From Camelus dromedarius (taxonomy: Eukaryota), in contig NC_087437.1 of assembly GCF_036321535.1 (NCBI RefSeq), forward strand, positions 4,278,001 to 4,342,000: a stretch of DNA of 64,000 nucleotides, in the 5' to 3' direction. The stretch's first letter is position 1. The number at the start of each line of letters is the position of its first letter. This document shows, in pieces, positions 51,985 to 63,927 of the stretch. The translations under genes and the position numbers were made by a program. The notes beneath the pieces were generated by a model. It had not been told where the DNA came from, ran no database searches, and was given only the letters and a program-made list of their open reading frames with translations.

Positions 51985-53326
51985 TAAAAAAATCCATTCA
52001 GCCACCTTCACTGTGGACTAGAGAATTTAATCCATTTACATTTAAAATAATTATTGATAAGTGAAAACTTACTGTTGCTGTCTTTGTTGTTTTCTGGTTC
52101 TTTTGCAGTTCTTTTATTCCTTCTTTCCTCTTGCTGTCTTCTTTTGATGATTTTTCTGTAGTGATATGCTTTGAATTCCTCTCTTTCTCTTTTGTGTATC
52201 TACTATTGGTTGCTATTGGTTACCATGAGACTTACACAGAACAGTCTGTTTCACACTGGTAACAACTTGACTTCAATCACATTACAAACTCTACCCCTTT
52301 AATCCCCACCACCACATTTTATGTTTTTGATACCACAATTTACATATTTTATACTGTGTATTCGCTATTAGTTATTTTTAATGTTTTTGTCTTTTAACCT
52401 TTTGACTACAGTTAAGTGACTTACACCCCACCTTTGCAGTATGAGAATATTCTGAGTTTGACTATATACTTATCTTTAACATGAGTTTTATACTTCATAT
52501 GTTTTCATGTTACTAGTTAGTACCCTTCCATTTCAGCATGAAGAACTCCTTTTAAAATTTCATGTAAGGCAAGTCTCATGGTGATGAACTTCCTCAGCTT
52601 TTGTTTATCTGGAAAAATCTTTCTCTCTCCTTCACTGAAGAACAGCTTTGCCAGGTAAAGTATTCTTGGTTGGCAAGTTTTTTTTTTTCTTTCAGCACTC
52701 TGAATATACCATCCCATTATCCCCTGGCTGCAAAAGTTTTTGCAGAGAAAAGTGCTGGTAGCCTTAGGAGGGCTCCTTTGTAAGTAATGAATTTCTTTTC
52801 TTTGCTGCTTTCAAAATTCTCTCATTGATCTTTATCAGTTTTATTATAATGTATCCCCATGAAGTCCTCTTTGGGTTGAATCTGTGTGGGGACTAATTAG
52901 CTTTCTGTACCTGGACATTCACATCTCTCCCCAGACTTAGGAAGTTTTCAGCAACTATTTCTTTAAATAACCTTTCTGCTCCTTTCTCTCTTCTCCTGAG
53001 ATGCCCATAATTCAAATGTCTTTCTTGATGGTGTCTCATAATTCACATAGACTTGCTTCACTCTTTTCCATTCTTTTTTCTCTTCAGACTGTCTTGTCTT
53101 CAGGATGACAGATTCTTACTTCTGCTTGCTCCAGTCTGCTGTTGATGCTCTCTGTTGCATTTTTCCATTTCATCATACTCTTCAGTTCCAGAATTTCCAT
53201 TTGTTCTTCTTTATGAATTCTGTCTCTCTGTTGAACTTCTCATTTTGATTATGTATTGTTTTCTAGATTTCATTGAGTTGTATATCTGTGTTCTCTTGTA
53301 GCTTGCTGAGCTTCCATAAAAAAAAA

Positions 53327-53357
<31 letters not shown>

Positions 53358-54245
53358 GGTCAGGTAATTTGTAGATCTCCATTTCTTTTGGGTCAGTTAC
53401 TGAAAAATTATTGTGTTCCTTTGGTGGTGCTTGAGATGTGGGCAAGCAGCAAGCAGTCAGGGAGCCAGGCTCTGGAGTCATGCCTGCATGGAGAGAGAGA
53501 AGCTCTGGGGTCAGGGGTACTGGTTAACCCACAGCAGCAGTGGCCCCAGCACCTGAGATGTGGGTGTGCACAGAGCAACCTTGGAGTCAGGCTCTGGAGC
53601 ATGGCCTTATGCCTGTGGATACATGGGGCCAGAGTCTGAAGTGTGGGCACATGTGGAGGAGCTGGGGGTCGGAGGAGCTGGGGGTCCAAGGTCTGGGTGT
53701 GCCTGGGGCTGGGAGGGCAGGCAGTCCTGGACCCACAGCAGCACAACAGCTGCTCCTCCTGAGGGATGCATAGCCGCATCTCCCTCCCAGGGGTCCACAG
53801 CAGCTCTGGCTCCTGGTACCTCAGTGGCAAAAGCCACTGCGGTCCATGCTAGTGAACAGTACGGGGTCCTCTGCTGTGAAGGTTGTCAGGAATCTGCAGC
53901 TGTCACCAGGGCTGTGAGATCTTCTGTGGTAGAGGCTGCCAGGGACCTCTGCAGAGCAGGCCACTAGGGAGGTGGCAGCACACAGCACCTGTCGCATGGC
54001 TAATCCTGACAGCCCTTGGTCTTTTTCTTTGCTCCTTGTCATCGCCAAACATCTTAACCAATGTGATCTCCTCAGCTGTCTTTTCTGTGTATTTCTTCAT
54101 TTTTTGTGCCAGTGTATTACTGTAGGTTCTTAATTGGACTTCTGAGCCCTTCCAGGGTTATTTTTGTCATGGATAGCTGTCTAATTGTTGTTTCGGGGAG
54201 GGAAGGTGAAGGCTGGTCTGTCCTACTCTGCCATCCTGCTGACCG
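51985..54245 (-). mobile_element. Older L1 5' half (5'UTR, ORF1, start of ORF2)
   Basis: Minus-strand 5' motif gcaggatggcagagtagg at ~54240; ORF1 peptides (CQPRILYLAKL..EGERKIFPDKQKL); endonuclease start (ttaaatgtaaatggattaaattctc) near 52030. Confidence 0.85.
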
Positions 54246-55345
54246 GGATGATTTTTTCAATATAACACCAAAAGCTCAGGCATCAAAAGCAAAAATAAAC
54301 AAGAGGGACCACATCAAGCTAAAAAGCTTTTACTCAGCAAGGGAAAACAATCAACAAAATGAAAAGGCAACCATGAGTGGGAGAAATATTTGCAAACCAT
54401 ATATCTAATAAGGGGTTAATATCTAAAAAATATAAGAAACTCATACAACTCAATAGCAGGGAAAAAAAAACCTGATTGCAAAATGAGCAAAGGACCTACG
54501 CAGGCATTTTTCCAAAGATGGCATACAAATGGCCAAGGTACATGAAAAGATGAAACATCACTAATCAACAGGGAAATGTTCATCAAAACCACAATGAGAT
54601 ATCACCTCGTATCTGTTAGGACGGCTATTATTCAAAAAGACAAGAGGTAACAGATGGCGAGGATGTAGAGAAAAAGAAACCCTTGTACACTATTGGTGGG
54701 AATGTAAATTGACACAGCCACTGTGGAAAACAGTATGGAGGTTCCTCAAAAAAATAAAAATAAAAAATAGAACCACAACATGATCCAGCAATTCCACTTG
54801 TGGGTATATATCCAAAGGAATTGAAAGCAGTCTTTTGAAGAGATATCTGTGCTCTCAGATTCAGTATAGCATTCTTTGCAGTAGCCAAAATGTAGAAATG
54901 ATCCAAGTGTCCGCTGACAGGTATTGAATGAAATCATGGCTACGTATATACAGTGGGATATTATTCAGCCTTTAAAAAGATGGATATCGTGCCATTTACA
55001 AGATGGATTAACCTGGGGGACATGATGCAAGGGAAACCAGCCAGACGTAGAAAGAAAAATACTGCATGATCTCACTTCTATGTGGAATCTAAAAACGTCA
55101 AAGACCCAGAAAAAGAGAAGAGAACAGTGGTCACCAGGGACAGGGAGGTGGGTGAAACGCAGAGATGTTGGTCAATGGATAAAAGTTACAATTCAGTGGG
55201 ATGAATGAGTTTAGAGATACTGGAGATACTATAACGTACAGCATAAGGACTGTAGTCAATAATGCTATACTGTACACTGGAAATTTGCTACCATAGATTT
55301 CAGGTGCTCTCACGACACACCAAAAAATGGTAACTATGTGAGCAA
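54246..55345 (+). mobile_element. Older L1 (L1MA-like) ORF2 end and 3'UTR
   Basis: TPKAQASKAKINKRDHIKLKSF; 3'UTR ...aaaatggtaactatgtgag. Confidence 0.85.
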
Positions 55346-56084
55346 ATGAAAGCAATGATTTTTTTTTCTTTTCTTTTCTTTTTTTAACTAGTATAGTCAG
55401 TTTACAATGTTGTGTTAATTTCCGATTTTTTTCTTATTCCACAGATGTATCCCAAGCTAATAGACGAGCTCTAAGCATAAAAGAACTCAGTAAGTGCTCA
55501 GTGAACATTTTTTGAACACGCAGATATTACTTCTTACATCTCCCTTTACAAGTTTCTCTATAAGCCCCTGTCCAGTTCTACGAGTCAAAACTAACTTATT
55601 TCTAAAAGACCTCGATGTTAAAATGAGATTGAACATGCTAACATCCCTCTGGAGTTTCCCCTGAGGTAAGTGATTTAGAATTCAGGACTTGGACCCAGTC
55701 TGGGTTTTTTTTTTTTTTTTCTTTTCTTAATGGAAAGAATTCTGATGCAATTGCTGTGTTCCAATAAATAAGAAAAATCATGCTTTTAAAATAAGTCCAC
55801 TCATAAATGCAAAAGGGAGGATTTGCTATCCCTTCCAAAGAAAGAGATTAACTCAGGCCAACACAGAATATGTTTCACGTCCTTAAACCAAGGGTCATAT
55901 GAAGATACCATCAGCTCATGTGTACCAGATTTATGCTTCTACGGAATTTCTGGATCACTATGATGCATAAAACAAACCAACCACATAAAACATCAGTGTC
56001 CACTTGAATGAATACGCAGAAAGTAAGGAGCTATGAAAATATAACTGTGATGGCAGGATAGGACGTTATCAGCATCTGAGTTCT

Positions 56085-56497
56085 GCTTCCCAGGACCAGG
56101 AAAAGGGTTATAGGCTGGGGACCCCCAAGAAGCAGTCTCTGCAACAGAGCTAAGCACATAGGATATTTAACCTTAACACCTGCGGAAGGGAAGGAGAGGA
56201 TGTCAAACGAGACAGAGAGAGAAGCTGGGCTGCGCTGCGGTCTCAGCAAAGGTCTCAGCCAGCCCCAAAGGCAGCTCTGGAGCTGGGATGGCCCCTTAAG
56301 AGTCATCCCAAGTCGTGGGGCTCACTTTAGAGCTCAGTGTTAATCAGTCACTGAGGGATTCAGATTCTTCTTCAGCTGCGGAAATCTCCAGGCCAAGGCT
56401 GACCCCGAGGGTCCCCTTCCAGGAGCCCTCAGAGCAGCACAGGGATATGGTCTTCGTTCCTGATGGGGGATGTGAGGACGTCCCAGCCTCCACCACA
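56085..56497 (-). mobile_element. LTR16-like ERVL LTR
   Basis: gagctctggagctgggatggcccct and gaagctgggctgcgctgcggtc resemble antisense LTR16. Confidence 0.55.
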
Positions 56498-59109
56498 TAG
56501 CCATCTTGACTCCAATGGGAATCGCCCTGTGCCTTTTTTTTTTCTAGTTTCACCACATAAGGGATAACCATTTATTTTTGCCTGTTTTTGAAGCTTAGAT
56601 AAATGGTATCCTACTGTGTGCCTATTTTTGTGTCTTTCTCTCAAAAAATATGTTTTTAAGACTCAGCGCAGTTACTGAACCGTAACTCAGCTGCATGCGT
56701 TCATTTCCACCGCCGTGCACCTCGCTTTAATGGATTACAGCACCGTCACCTGGTTCCCTGTTAGCGGACGCGTGGGCTGTGCACGACCTTGGGGTTTTAA
56801 ATCATGCTGCTCTGAGCATTGCTAATGAAGGTGGGTGTATCCTGGTGATCATGCACCTGAGTCCCCAGGGAATAGGCTTAAGAGTAAAATGGCTGGTTCA
56901 GCGTATTTGTGTTTCCAAATTTACTAGGAAATGCCAAAAGTCTTTCTAATGCGCACTCCCAGCGGCCAGGTTTGAGAGCCTCCGTTCCCATCGATCTGTA
57001 TCACGGAGGATGGGCGCGGTAACGCCGCACTCATAACCCCCAACCTCCAAACCTCAGTGGCTTCCAACAACAAAGGTATTTCTCCCAATCACATTTCACG
57101 TCCGTGTAAACTGTCACATGATCATGGCAGGACTGGCTATGGTGCAGGCTCTAACTGTAACATTGCTATTACTGTAGAACTTTTAATTTTTCTAGATACA
57201 TATTCATGTCACCTACACACAGAGATTATTTCTTCCTTTCTAGTTCTTCTGCTCCTAAATGCTCTCTCAAATCTAACTGCATTGGTGTTTTACATATTTT
57301 GAGGCTGTATTATTAGGTGCACAAAAATACATAACTTTTTTAGCATTAAGAAGTGATCTGAGGCCAGCCAGCTGACCTAAAACGCTGGCAGCTGACGGCG
57401 GACATGTGAGCAAACTCAGCCACAACTTTTGCCAAATAATAATCACCCCAGACTTAGTGTCTTAAAACCGCTCATTAATTTGTGTTGGGCTCAGCTCGGC
57501 GGGTTCTTTTGTTCTCAGCTGAACTTCTTTCTTTCAGTGACCAAAGATGAGAAATGGGATTTTTTTTTAACGAAGAGTTTATTTTGCATGCAGAATTTAG
57601 AAAGAATATGGAGGGTCAAGAGGTGTTTCTCTCAACTCCTGTCTCCTCAGTCAGAAAAGACTGAGGCTCAGAAAATTGGATTCACCTGTGTAAGGTCACT
57701 AGGGATGTTAGGGAGCAAACCAGGTGCTGAATTCAGGTGCCTCAGGCTTGGAAGTCCTGTAAAGCCATAATCCCAGCAGTGAACCCCAAGCTGTTTTCAA
57801 TATATACCTTTGGAATTATTAAAAAATTAGAGGACTAATCCACCATGGGATCACAAGATGGCAAAATTAAGAACAAAGGAGAAATCCTGGGAGTCATGCT
57901 CAGTCAGGGAGCACTCGGGAAAAATCCTTGGATTCATTTATACACTTTGATAGATGCCTGGGAACCAAGTTCTGAGCCTACAATCCTAAATCTTCTGATT
58001 TTCCAGGATTAACAAAACTCCTTATAGGGTCAAAAGTACAAAGTGGGCAATTCACACAATGACCAAAACCCTTCAACATTGCAGAGTGAATCAAGCGGAT
58101 GCCAAATCAGCCCCAAACATGTTTTAATTCTAATTTTAGGCCACCAACCGATTCATTGCATTAGATTTGATGTGACTTGACCTTTCTGCATCTTAACACT
58201 TTCATCAGAAAAGTTAGTAACCCCAAAAGCAGTGCCTGGTGATAATTAATGGACTAACAGATCCAAGGGAGAAATTTAAAACATGTGAACCTTTCCCATT
58301 TGTCTGCTGAGGCACCGATGCCCTGGTGTCTGAAACAAATTCAAGAACATCTACAAAGCAGAGAGATTTTCTAGAGCAAGAGACCTGGAAGGAAAGTGCC
58401 AAGCACTGTTGGCGGGGGGAACATTTCTAACACTGTTTGGAGACAGGCAGAGAGTTAAAAAATCAGAACTGTTGGGGTGCACCCCGCAGACGTGCCAGCA
58501 CTGTACTCACCCAGCCTCAAGACCGAAGAAAGAGCCTGGAGTCAGCGACAGAGACATCAGCGAGTTAATGGATGCAGGGATCTCACACGCCTGAAGCAAG
58601 GTCCTGGAGTGACTGCCCACCCGTGGGCAGTGGATGGCGGCAGAACATGGCAGCAGTCTTTGCTCCCCGGGGGCGGGGAGAGGGAGGTTACCATTATAAG
58701 GGGAACTGAGGTCAGGTGGCTCATCAGTTACCAGGGAAACCAGCAGGGGGCACGGCCCTCACTGCCCCTTGGATAAGAAGAGTCACTAGTGGCAGGTGGG
58801 GGCAGAGGGTGACAAGTACGCAGGAAGGTCAGTCCTGCGAGTAGGTGTAGGTGAGGCAGGCACTGGTCCAGCAGGGGATGTGCCAAGAGCAAGAGTACAG
58901 CCATCTTGGGTGGGCTGACCATACAAGACCCGAAAGGACATGTGTCAGCCCTGTACGTGGCAGGTCCAAGGTGAAAAGGCTCACGGTCTAGAAGATGGAA
59001 GGCCAAAGGGTATAAATTGACGGGGAAAGGGCAAAAAGAAAAGTGTGTACAAGGAAGCTTACAGGGGACAATGACTAATTCTTTTTTTGTTTTTTTTTTT
59101 TCTTTCTTT

Positions 59110-59547
59110 TAACAGTCTTTTTTTTAATTCTTAATTTTTATCGAAGTGTAATTGATTTATGTTAGCTTCAGTTTCAGGGGTACAGCAAAGTGATTCCATT
59201 ATGTACGTACATACACGTATGTTTTTTCAGTTTCTTTTCCATTACGGTTCATTACAAGAAATTGGATATAGCTCCATGTGCTGTGGGGAGGTCCTTGTTT
59301 GTCTATTCCGTGTATAGTGATGTGTATCTGCTAACCCCAAGCTCCTAATCTGTCCCTCCCCCCGCTACCGAGTAACCATAGGTTTTCCATGTCTGTGAGT
59401 CTATGAAAAGTGATCATCAGAGCAGTTTTCAAACATGAAAACGAATATATGCATGTATCTGCATGACTGGGACATGGCGCTGTGCACCAGAGACTGACAC
59501 ATTGTAATTGTACTTCAGTTTAAAAAATAATAATTTTTTTTAAAAAA
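59110..59547. mobile_element. Two short L1 3' ends (minus 59110-59405; plus 59433-59547)
   Basis: 3'UTR motifs; the plus copy is flanked by agag(c/g)agttttca. Confidence 0.8.
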
Positions 59548-59929
59548 GAGGAGTTTTCACAGAGGCAATGAGTGCTGAGCTGGGATTTTGACACAGACCA
59601 TGGGCCTGGGACATAGCAGGTGCCGATGAAATATTTTTCAGATAAATGAATTAAAGGCATTACTCACAGAAGCACCACCAAGGGCAAGAGCATGGATGGG
59701 TGGAGTATGGAATTTCCAGGAAACTGCATTTATTGCTTTGTTGTTATTGCTCAAGGGGAAATCTGGAGGGGAAGAGCAGCTTCTGTCATCGGTGGGGCGA
59801 GAGATGGATGCTGAGCCCGGATCCCTGCGGGCGTGTACACCGTACTCAGGCTTTTGAGTTGTCCTGTTAGATTTGGCCAGCTATGGAAATTTGGAAACAG
59901 AATGCAAAAGGACATTCCAGGGAGAGGCA

Positions 59930-60330
59930 GGGTGACGGACGTGGAGACGCCCCACCCGGATCCCCCTTCCATGAAGGACTTCTCGGCCCAGCCGCTGGGG
60001 CTGCTGTTGGCCGACAGCCTTCAGCGGGGCCCCCGCAGGGGCTGCCACAGCAGCAGAGCTGCCTCCCCCATGAACACGCCTTCCTGGGGCAGCCCACATC
60101 CCCTGGCCATGGAGGCCGGGCAGACAGGCGCAACCTTTCAGCCCACCTGGGGCAACTCCGAAAAGCCCTCTGCGCCGCAGAGCTCTCTGCAGGCTTGGCC
60201 AGGCTGCCGTTAGGATCGGCCTGCATCCCAGTCCAACTTCTGTTTCTGTCATCCCTGTTTCCCTCCCCACCAACCTTAGAGCCAGTCCAGAATCACCAGG
60301 GCTGGGAGGACAGCCTCTGAGGCCGACCAT
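59930..60330 (+). mobile_element. LTR16-like ERVL LTR
   Basis: ggatcccccttcc...gttggccgacagccttcagc...ttcctggggcagccc resembles LTR16; explains the GC-rich overlapping ORFs here. Confidence 0.6.
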
Positions 60331-61151
60331 AAGGTATAGCTCCTTTATGTCTGGCAGGAGACCCCTCCTTTGGTCTCAGCCCATCCTCCCTCCCCTGGAG
60401 GGAGAGTCCCTCCCTGGAAGGGCTAAACCATTGCCTTGTAGATGCTGGGAGACCTGCAGGTGGCCTTCAGAAGCACTTCAAGGATGGGAACAGCCACCAA
60501 CACCGTTGAATCTCTGCCTTTTCGTTCCCAACTCCTGGACGTGGGAAGGGCAGGGGGCAGGGCAGGAATAACAAGTGGAAAATAGACCCCAGCTCAAATC
60601 ACATGCCATCCTCAGGATGGGTAAGCCCGGCCCCTTTGTGCCAGGGAGCTGAGGTCACGTGTAACACAGAAATGTATACACACCTGGCATCATGAGCAGC
60701 TCTCCGTGCACCAGTGAACACCAGCTCTCCCCTCCCCATCATGTAGATGCTTTAGCCAAAACAGGTTATGACGTAGAATGTTAAAAAAAAAAAAAAAAAA
60801 GATAGTACTCTAGGCATTAGAAAAAGCCTGGTTTATACCAAAATGATCAGGGAGAAAAGATTATCAGTGACCTTTACTTCTTCCATGTGTATTTCTATGT
60901 CTTATGAATTTATTACCATCGACACACAGTTATTCTTCTGAGCTCAGATAAAAATGACTGTCATAACAACAGAATAAAAATGTTAATGTTTCTGTGACCA
61001 AGTTTGTTCCCACTCCAAATGCAGTGTCAGTGGGCTGAGGAGAGAATCAAAAAGCGTTCTAGAATCACAGCTTTCATGCCTGAACCAGCAACTTGCCAGA
61101 AAGCAAGCTCCTCTCTGGGTCCCTGGGGGCAGCCACCAGCTGCCAGTGATC

Positions 61152-61559
61152 TGTTGTGGACTGAATGTTTGTGTCCCCTTAAACTCGGAGCATGTTGAAG
61201 CCCTAACTTCCAATGTGACTGTATTTGGAGATAGGGCCTTTAGGAGGTAACTAAGGTTAAACGAGGCCATAAGGGTGGGGCCCTCACCCTATAGGATTAG
61301 TGTCCTTATAAGAAGAGACACCAGATGATCTCTGCCTCTCTCTCTCTACCCCCACAGCACCCCTTCCTCTCTCCCCACAGAAGAAAGCTATTTGAGAAGG
61401 CAGTTGTCCACAGTCCAGGAAGAGAGCTCTCACCAGGAAGCAAAGTGACTGACACCTTGATATCAGACTTCTAGCCTCCAAAACTGTGAAAAATAAATAT
61501 CTGTTGTTTAAATCCCCTGGTTTGTGGTCTTTTGTTATGGCTGCCTGAGCCTACTAACA
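61152..61559 (+). mobile_element. MLT1A/B-like MaLR solo LTR
   Basis: tgttgtggactgaatgtttgtgtcccc...gtatttggagatagggcctt...gacttctagcctccaaaactgtga..aataaa...ctaaca. Confidence 0.88.
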
Positions 61560-61972
61560 CATGAAGGTACAGAGACCCCACACCAGGCCCCCTCGATACC
61601 CTGAAGCTCTAGAATGTTGCACAGTTCAGCTCTGCCCTGAAGCTGGGCCCAAGTTCAGAGGCTGGGGAGTGGAGCTGGGAGCCAGAGGAAGATCTTGAAA
61701 AATCACAGTTACCCTCAGTATCTATATTGCAACATGTTTCGTCCAGGGTGAACCTAGACCCTCCGCTTCATGTATGCATTGACGAGCTCGGCCTTACTTG
61801 TTAAATCACCAGGTTTTGAAGGACCCTTGTCAAGGTTGATGTCAAAGGATGGGTCTCCTGGCAAACTCATAGCTGTTCCTCTCCATCAATGGCTGTGTCA
61901 CAAAGTAGAACACAGATTGCAGACAGCTGGTGTCACACATGGTCTCACACCAAATGATTTCTCAAGAATGCC

Positions 61973-61978
61973 TTTATT
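61973..61978 (-). terminator. Polyadenylation signal AATAAA of the COL6A4-like gene (3'UTR about 430 nt)
   Basis: Plus strand tttatt; on the minus strand it is followed ~20 nt later by CA and a GT-rich element (tttggtgtgagaccatgtgtg). Confidence 0.65.
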
Positions 61979-62382
61979 TTTACCCTGGGGAGTAAGAATG
62001 AGATTTCACATTAGCTGTCCCTTTTCCCAGACCCCCACTTCGACTAACACTTCCATGATCTCTAATAATAAAAAGGAAACTACATTTCAGTTCATGTCCA
62101 AATGAGATTCTATTTAACTGCTTACGTGGGTTTTTCGTTTGCTACAATGCCAAGAAAATTCCTGGGTCACATTAGAGATCAGGTTCAAGTCTCTTCTTCG
62201 CTCGGTTTGAAATCATTTAAATAACTTTCAGGAAAAGTTTCAGTTGCTTTTTTAAACGACTAGAATTCAGTCCTTTCTCAAATCATGGATCGTGTGGCTG
62301 GTCCCAGCCCTCGGTGGCAGGAAGGATTTCCCAGGGTTAGGAATCCGACCTCGGAGGTTGTAGCTTCAGCCCCTGGGCTCCA

Positions 62383-62642
62383 TCACTCATTTGCTGTCTC
62401 AGCCAAGGGCATCTCGGTGTCGTCAGTTCCTAGAACAGAGGCAGCAGGGAAGAGGCTCTGCCTGCCTCTAGGGGAGGCTGGAGCACACCGGGTCTCACAC
62501 TCCTCCTTGGTCTCGAACAGGTTGGCGTTGCCCCCACAGCTACCACCCCAGAACGGTCGGCACGCCTGCTCCTCCTGGAGACAGTACCACCTGAGGACGT
62601 AGTCCCGGCACTCAGGTGCCGTGGGAGCCCCGGAGCAGGGAC
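62383..62642 (-). CDS. COL6A4: Terminal coding exon of collagen VI alpha-4 (or alpha-4-like) gene: Kunitz/BPTI domain + 33-aa tail
   Basis: Acceptor tcgtgttgttgcag|gt (phase 1). Translation PCSGAPTAPECRDYVLRWYCLQEEQACRPFWGGSCGGNANLFETKEECETRC has the canonical Kunitz Cys spacing C-8-C-15-C-7-C-12-C-3-C (62637-62485), the GGNxNxF motif and similarity to the COL6A3 C5 domain. Its position upstream of COL6A5 on the same strand fits the known COL6A4-COL6A5-COL6A6 order. Whether the whole gene is intact cannot be judged from this window. Confidence 0.82.
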
Positions 62643-62769
62643 CTGCAACAACACGAGTGCGGACAGAGCTGGGTTTTCCGCCTGAGGCTGACCGGCAAGG
62701 AACAACGGTTTGGAGTCTGGGACCCAAAATGAATCCTCACTCACCCACAACTGGCTGTGGGACCTCGAG

Positions 62770-62970
62770 CAAGAAACTTATCCGCCCTGAGCCCCAATTT
62801 CCTCACCCGTAAAAGCAATATTTTTTGAAAAGCCCTACATCTCAAGTCTGTTGCAAGGGTCACAGAATCCACGTGAAAGGGGCCGTACAGTTGGAGTCGT
62901 CGTTCTGCACGGGGTCTAGAACAGGGCAGATACACCAGACAAGGTACAAATGAGTGGATGAATGAATCAA
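62770..62970. mobile_element. MIR SINE (further MIRs at ~870-1095, 15260-15400, 15570-15760, 16190-16300, 29480-29730)
   Basis: MIR core-like motifs (gagccccaatttcctcacccgtaaaa; acagatgagaaagctgagg). Confidence 0.6.
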
Positions 62971-63927
62971 TAATGCTTTCTGACACTGAGAACCCCTCAC
63001 TTGCTTATTAAACTTAATTCCCTCATTTTTTCAAACCATCTCAATCCGTTGCCTAATCTCCAAACGTTCCAGCCTTCTAATGGTCTCAATAAATGCAGCA
63101 AGTTTATTATTTGTTGTACCCTGTTTTATAATTATTTACTGCACCCGGACACTTGCCTAACAAGTAATGATAGCCCTTCAAAGGGAGACACGATGTGCCT
63201 GGAAAACGAAAAACAGCATTGAGAAGCAGCAAGTTACAGCAAGTGCAAGATCTGGGCATGTGCCTATTTCAAATTTTCAATCAGACATGCATTTTCCCAG
63301 GTCCGTAACCTCTGCCTTCAGGGAGAACAGGTTTCTTTGAGCACACTTGGTGTCAGAGAAAAATATTCTTGGCTCAGCTCAACCCTCCAGCACAGAATGA
63401 TGGTAACCTCCTGTTTCCCCCGGGGCCTTCCAGGCACCTCCCAAAGCAAGTGGATATTATCTTCAGAAAGCAACTCATGGTGTGCTCTTGGGAGTTTTCT
63501 TGAAGGAGGGACAAGATGTCCTGGATCCAAGATGATGCAATACATTGACAGGAATTGTCTTTTGTCTTGAGCAGGCGTGTTTGAATTTTCCAGCAGCATG
63601 ACCAGCTCTGGGGGATGTCAGACAGCAAGCAGCAGGGCCCAGGAGAAAAAGCAGAGCAAAGGCTCCCGTGATGTCGGGTTGCAATGGCGAACTTCTCACT
63701 GTATCCTGTAGGTTCAACCAACAGACCTGGGGCTCAGCAGTCAGCTAGTACCAACCTCTACAGTTATCACCTGATTCCAAACAGACAAGCCCAGGACGTG
63801 TTTAAATAAATCAGATGCTTTTCCGATTAACACTGGGTGGCTTTTGTCTTTAGAAGCCCTATCCTTGCCTTTAGTCTCGGAGACAATCAAACAGAAGTTG
63901 TTTCTTCTGGATTCTACTTCTTAGGGC

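Noticed and set aside
53263..54125. Cluster of long overlapping ORFs
   Set aside because: They lie in the GC-rich 5'UTR of a decayed L1.
59751..60571. Overlapping 119-149 aa ORFs on both strands
   Set aside because: They coincide with an LTR16-like GC-rich LTR; no domain or splice structure.
62643..62727. N-terminal part of the 114-aa ORF as a standalone Kunitz inhibitor gene
   Set aside because: The start codon is non-ATG, there is no signal peptide, and a good splice acceptor lies at 62643/62642, so the upstream part is intron.
63318..63721. Three overlapping minus-strand ORFs and an AG acceptor-like site at ~63707 as a penultimate COL6A4 exon
   Set aside because: No frame resembles VWA or collagen VI sequence, all frames close before a convincing donor, and the polypyrimidine tract is poor; treated as intron.
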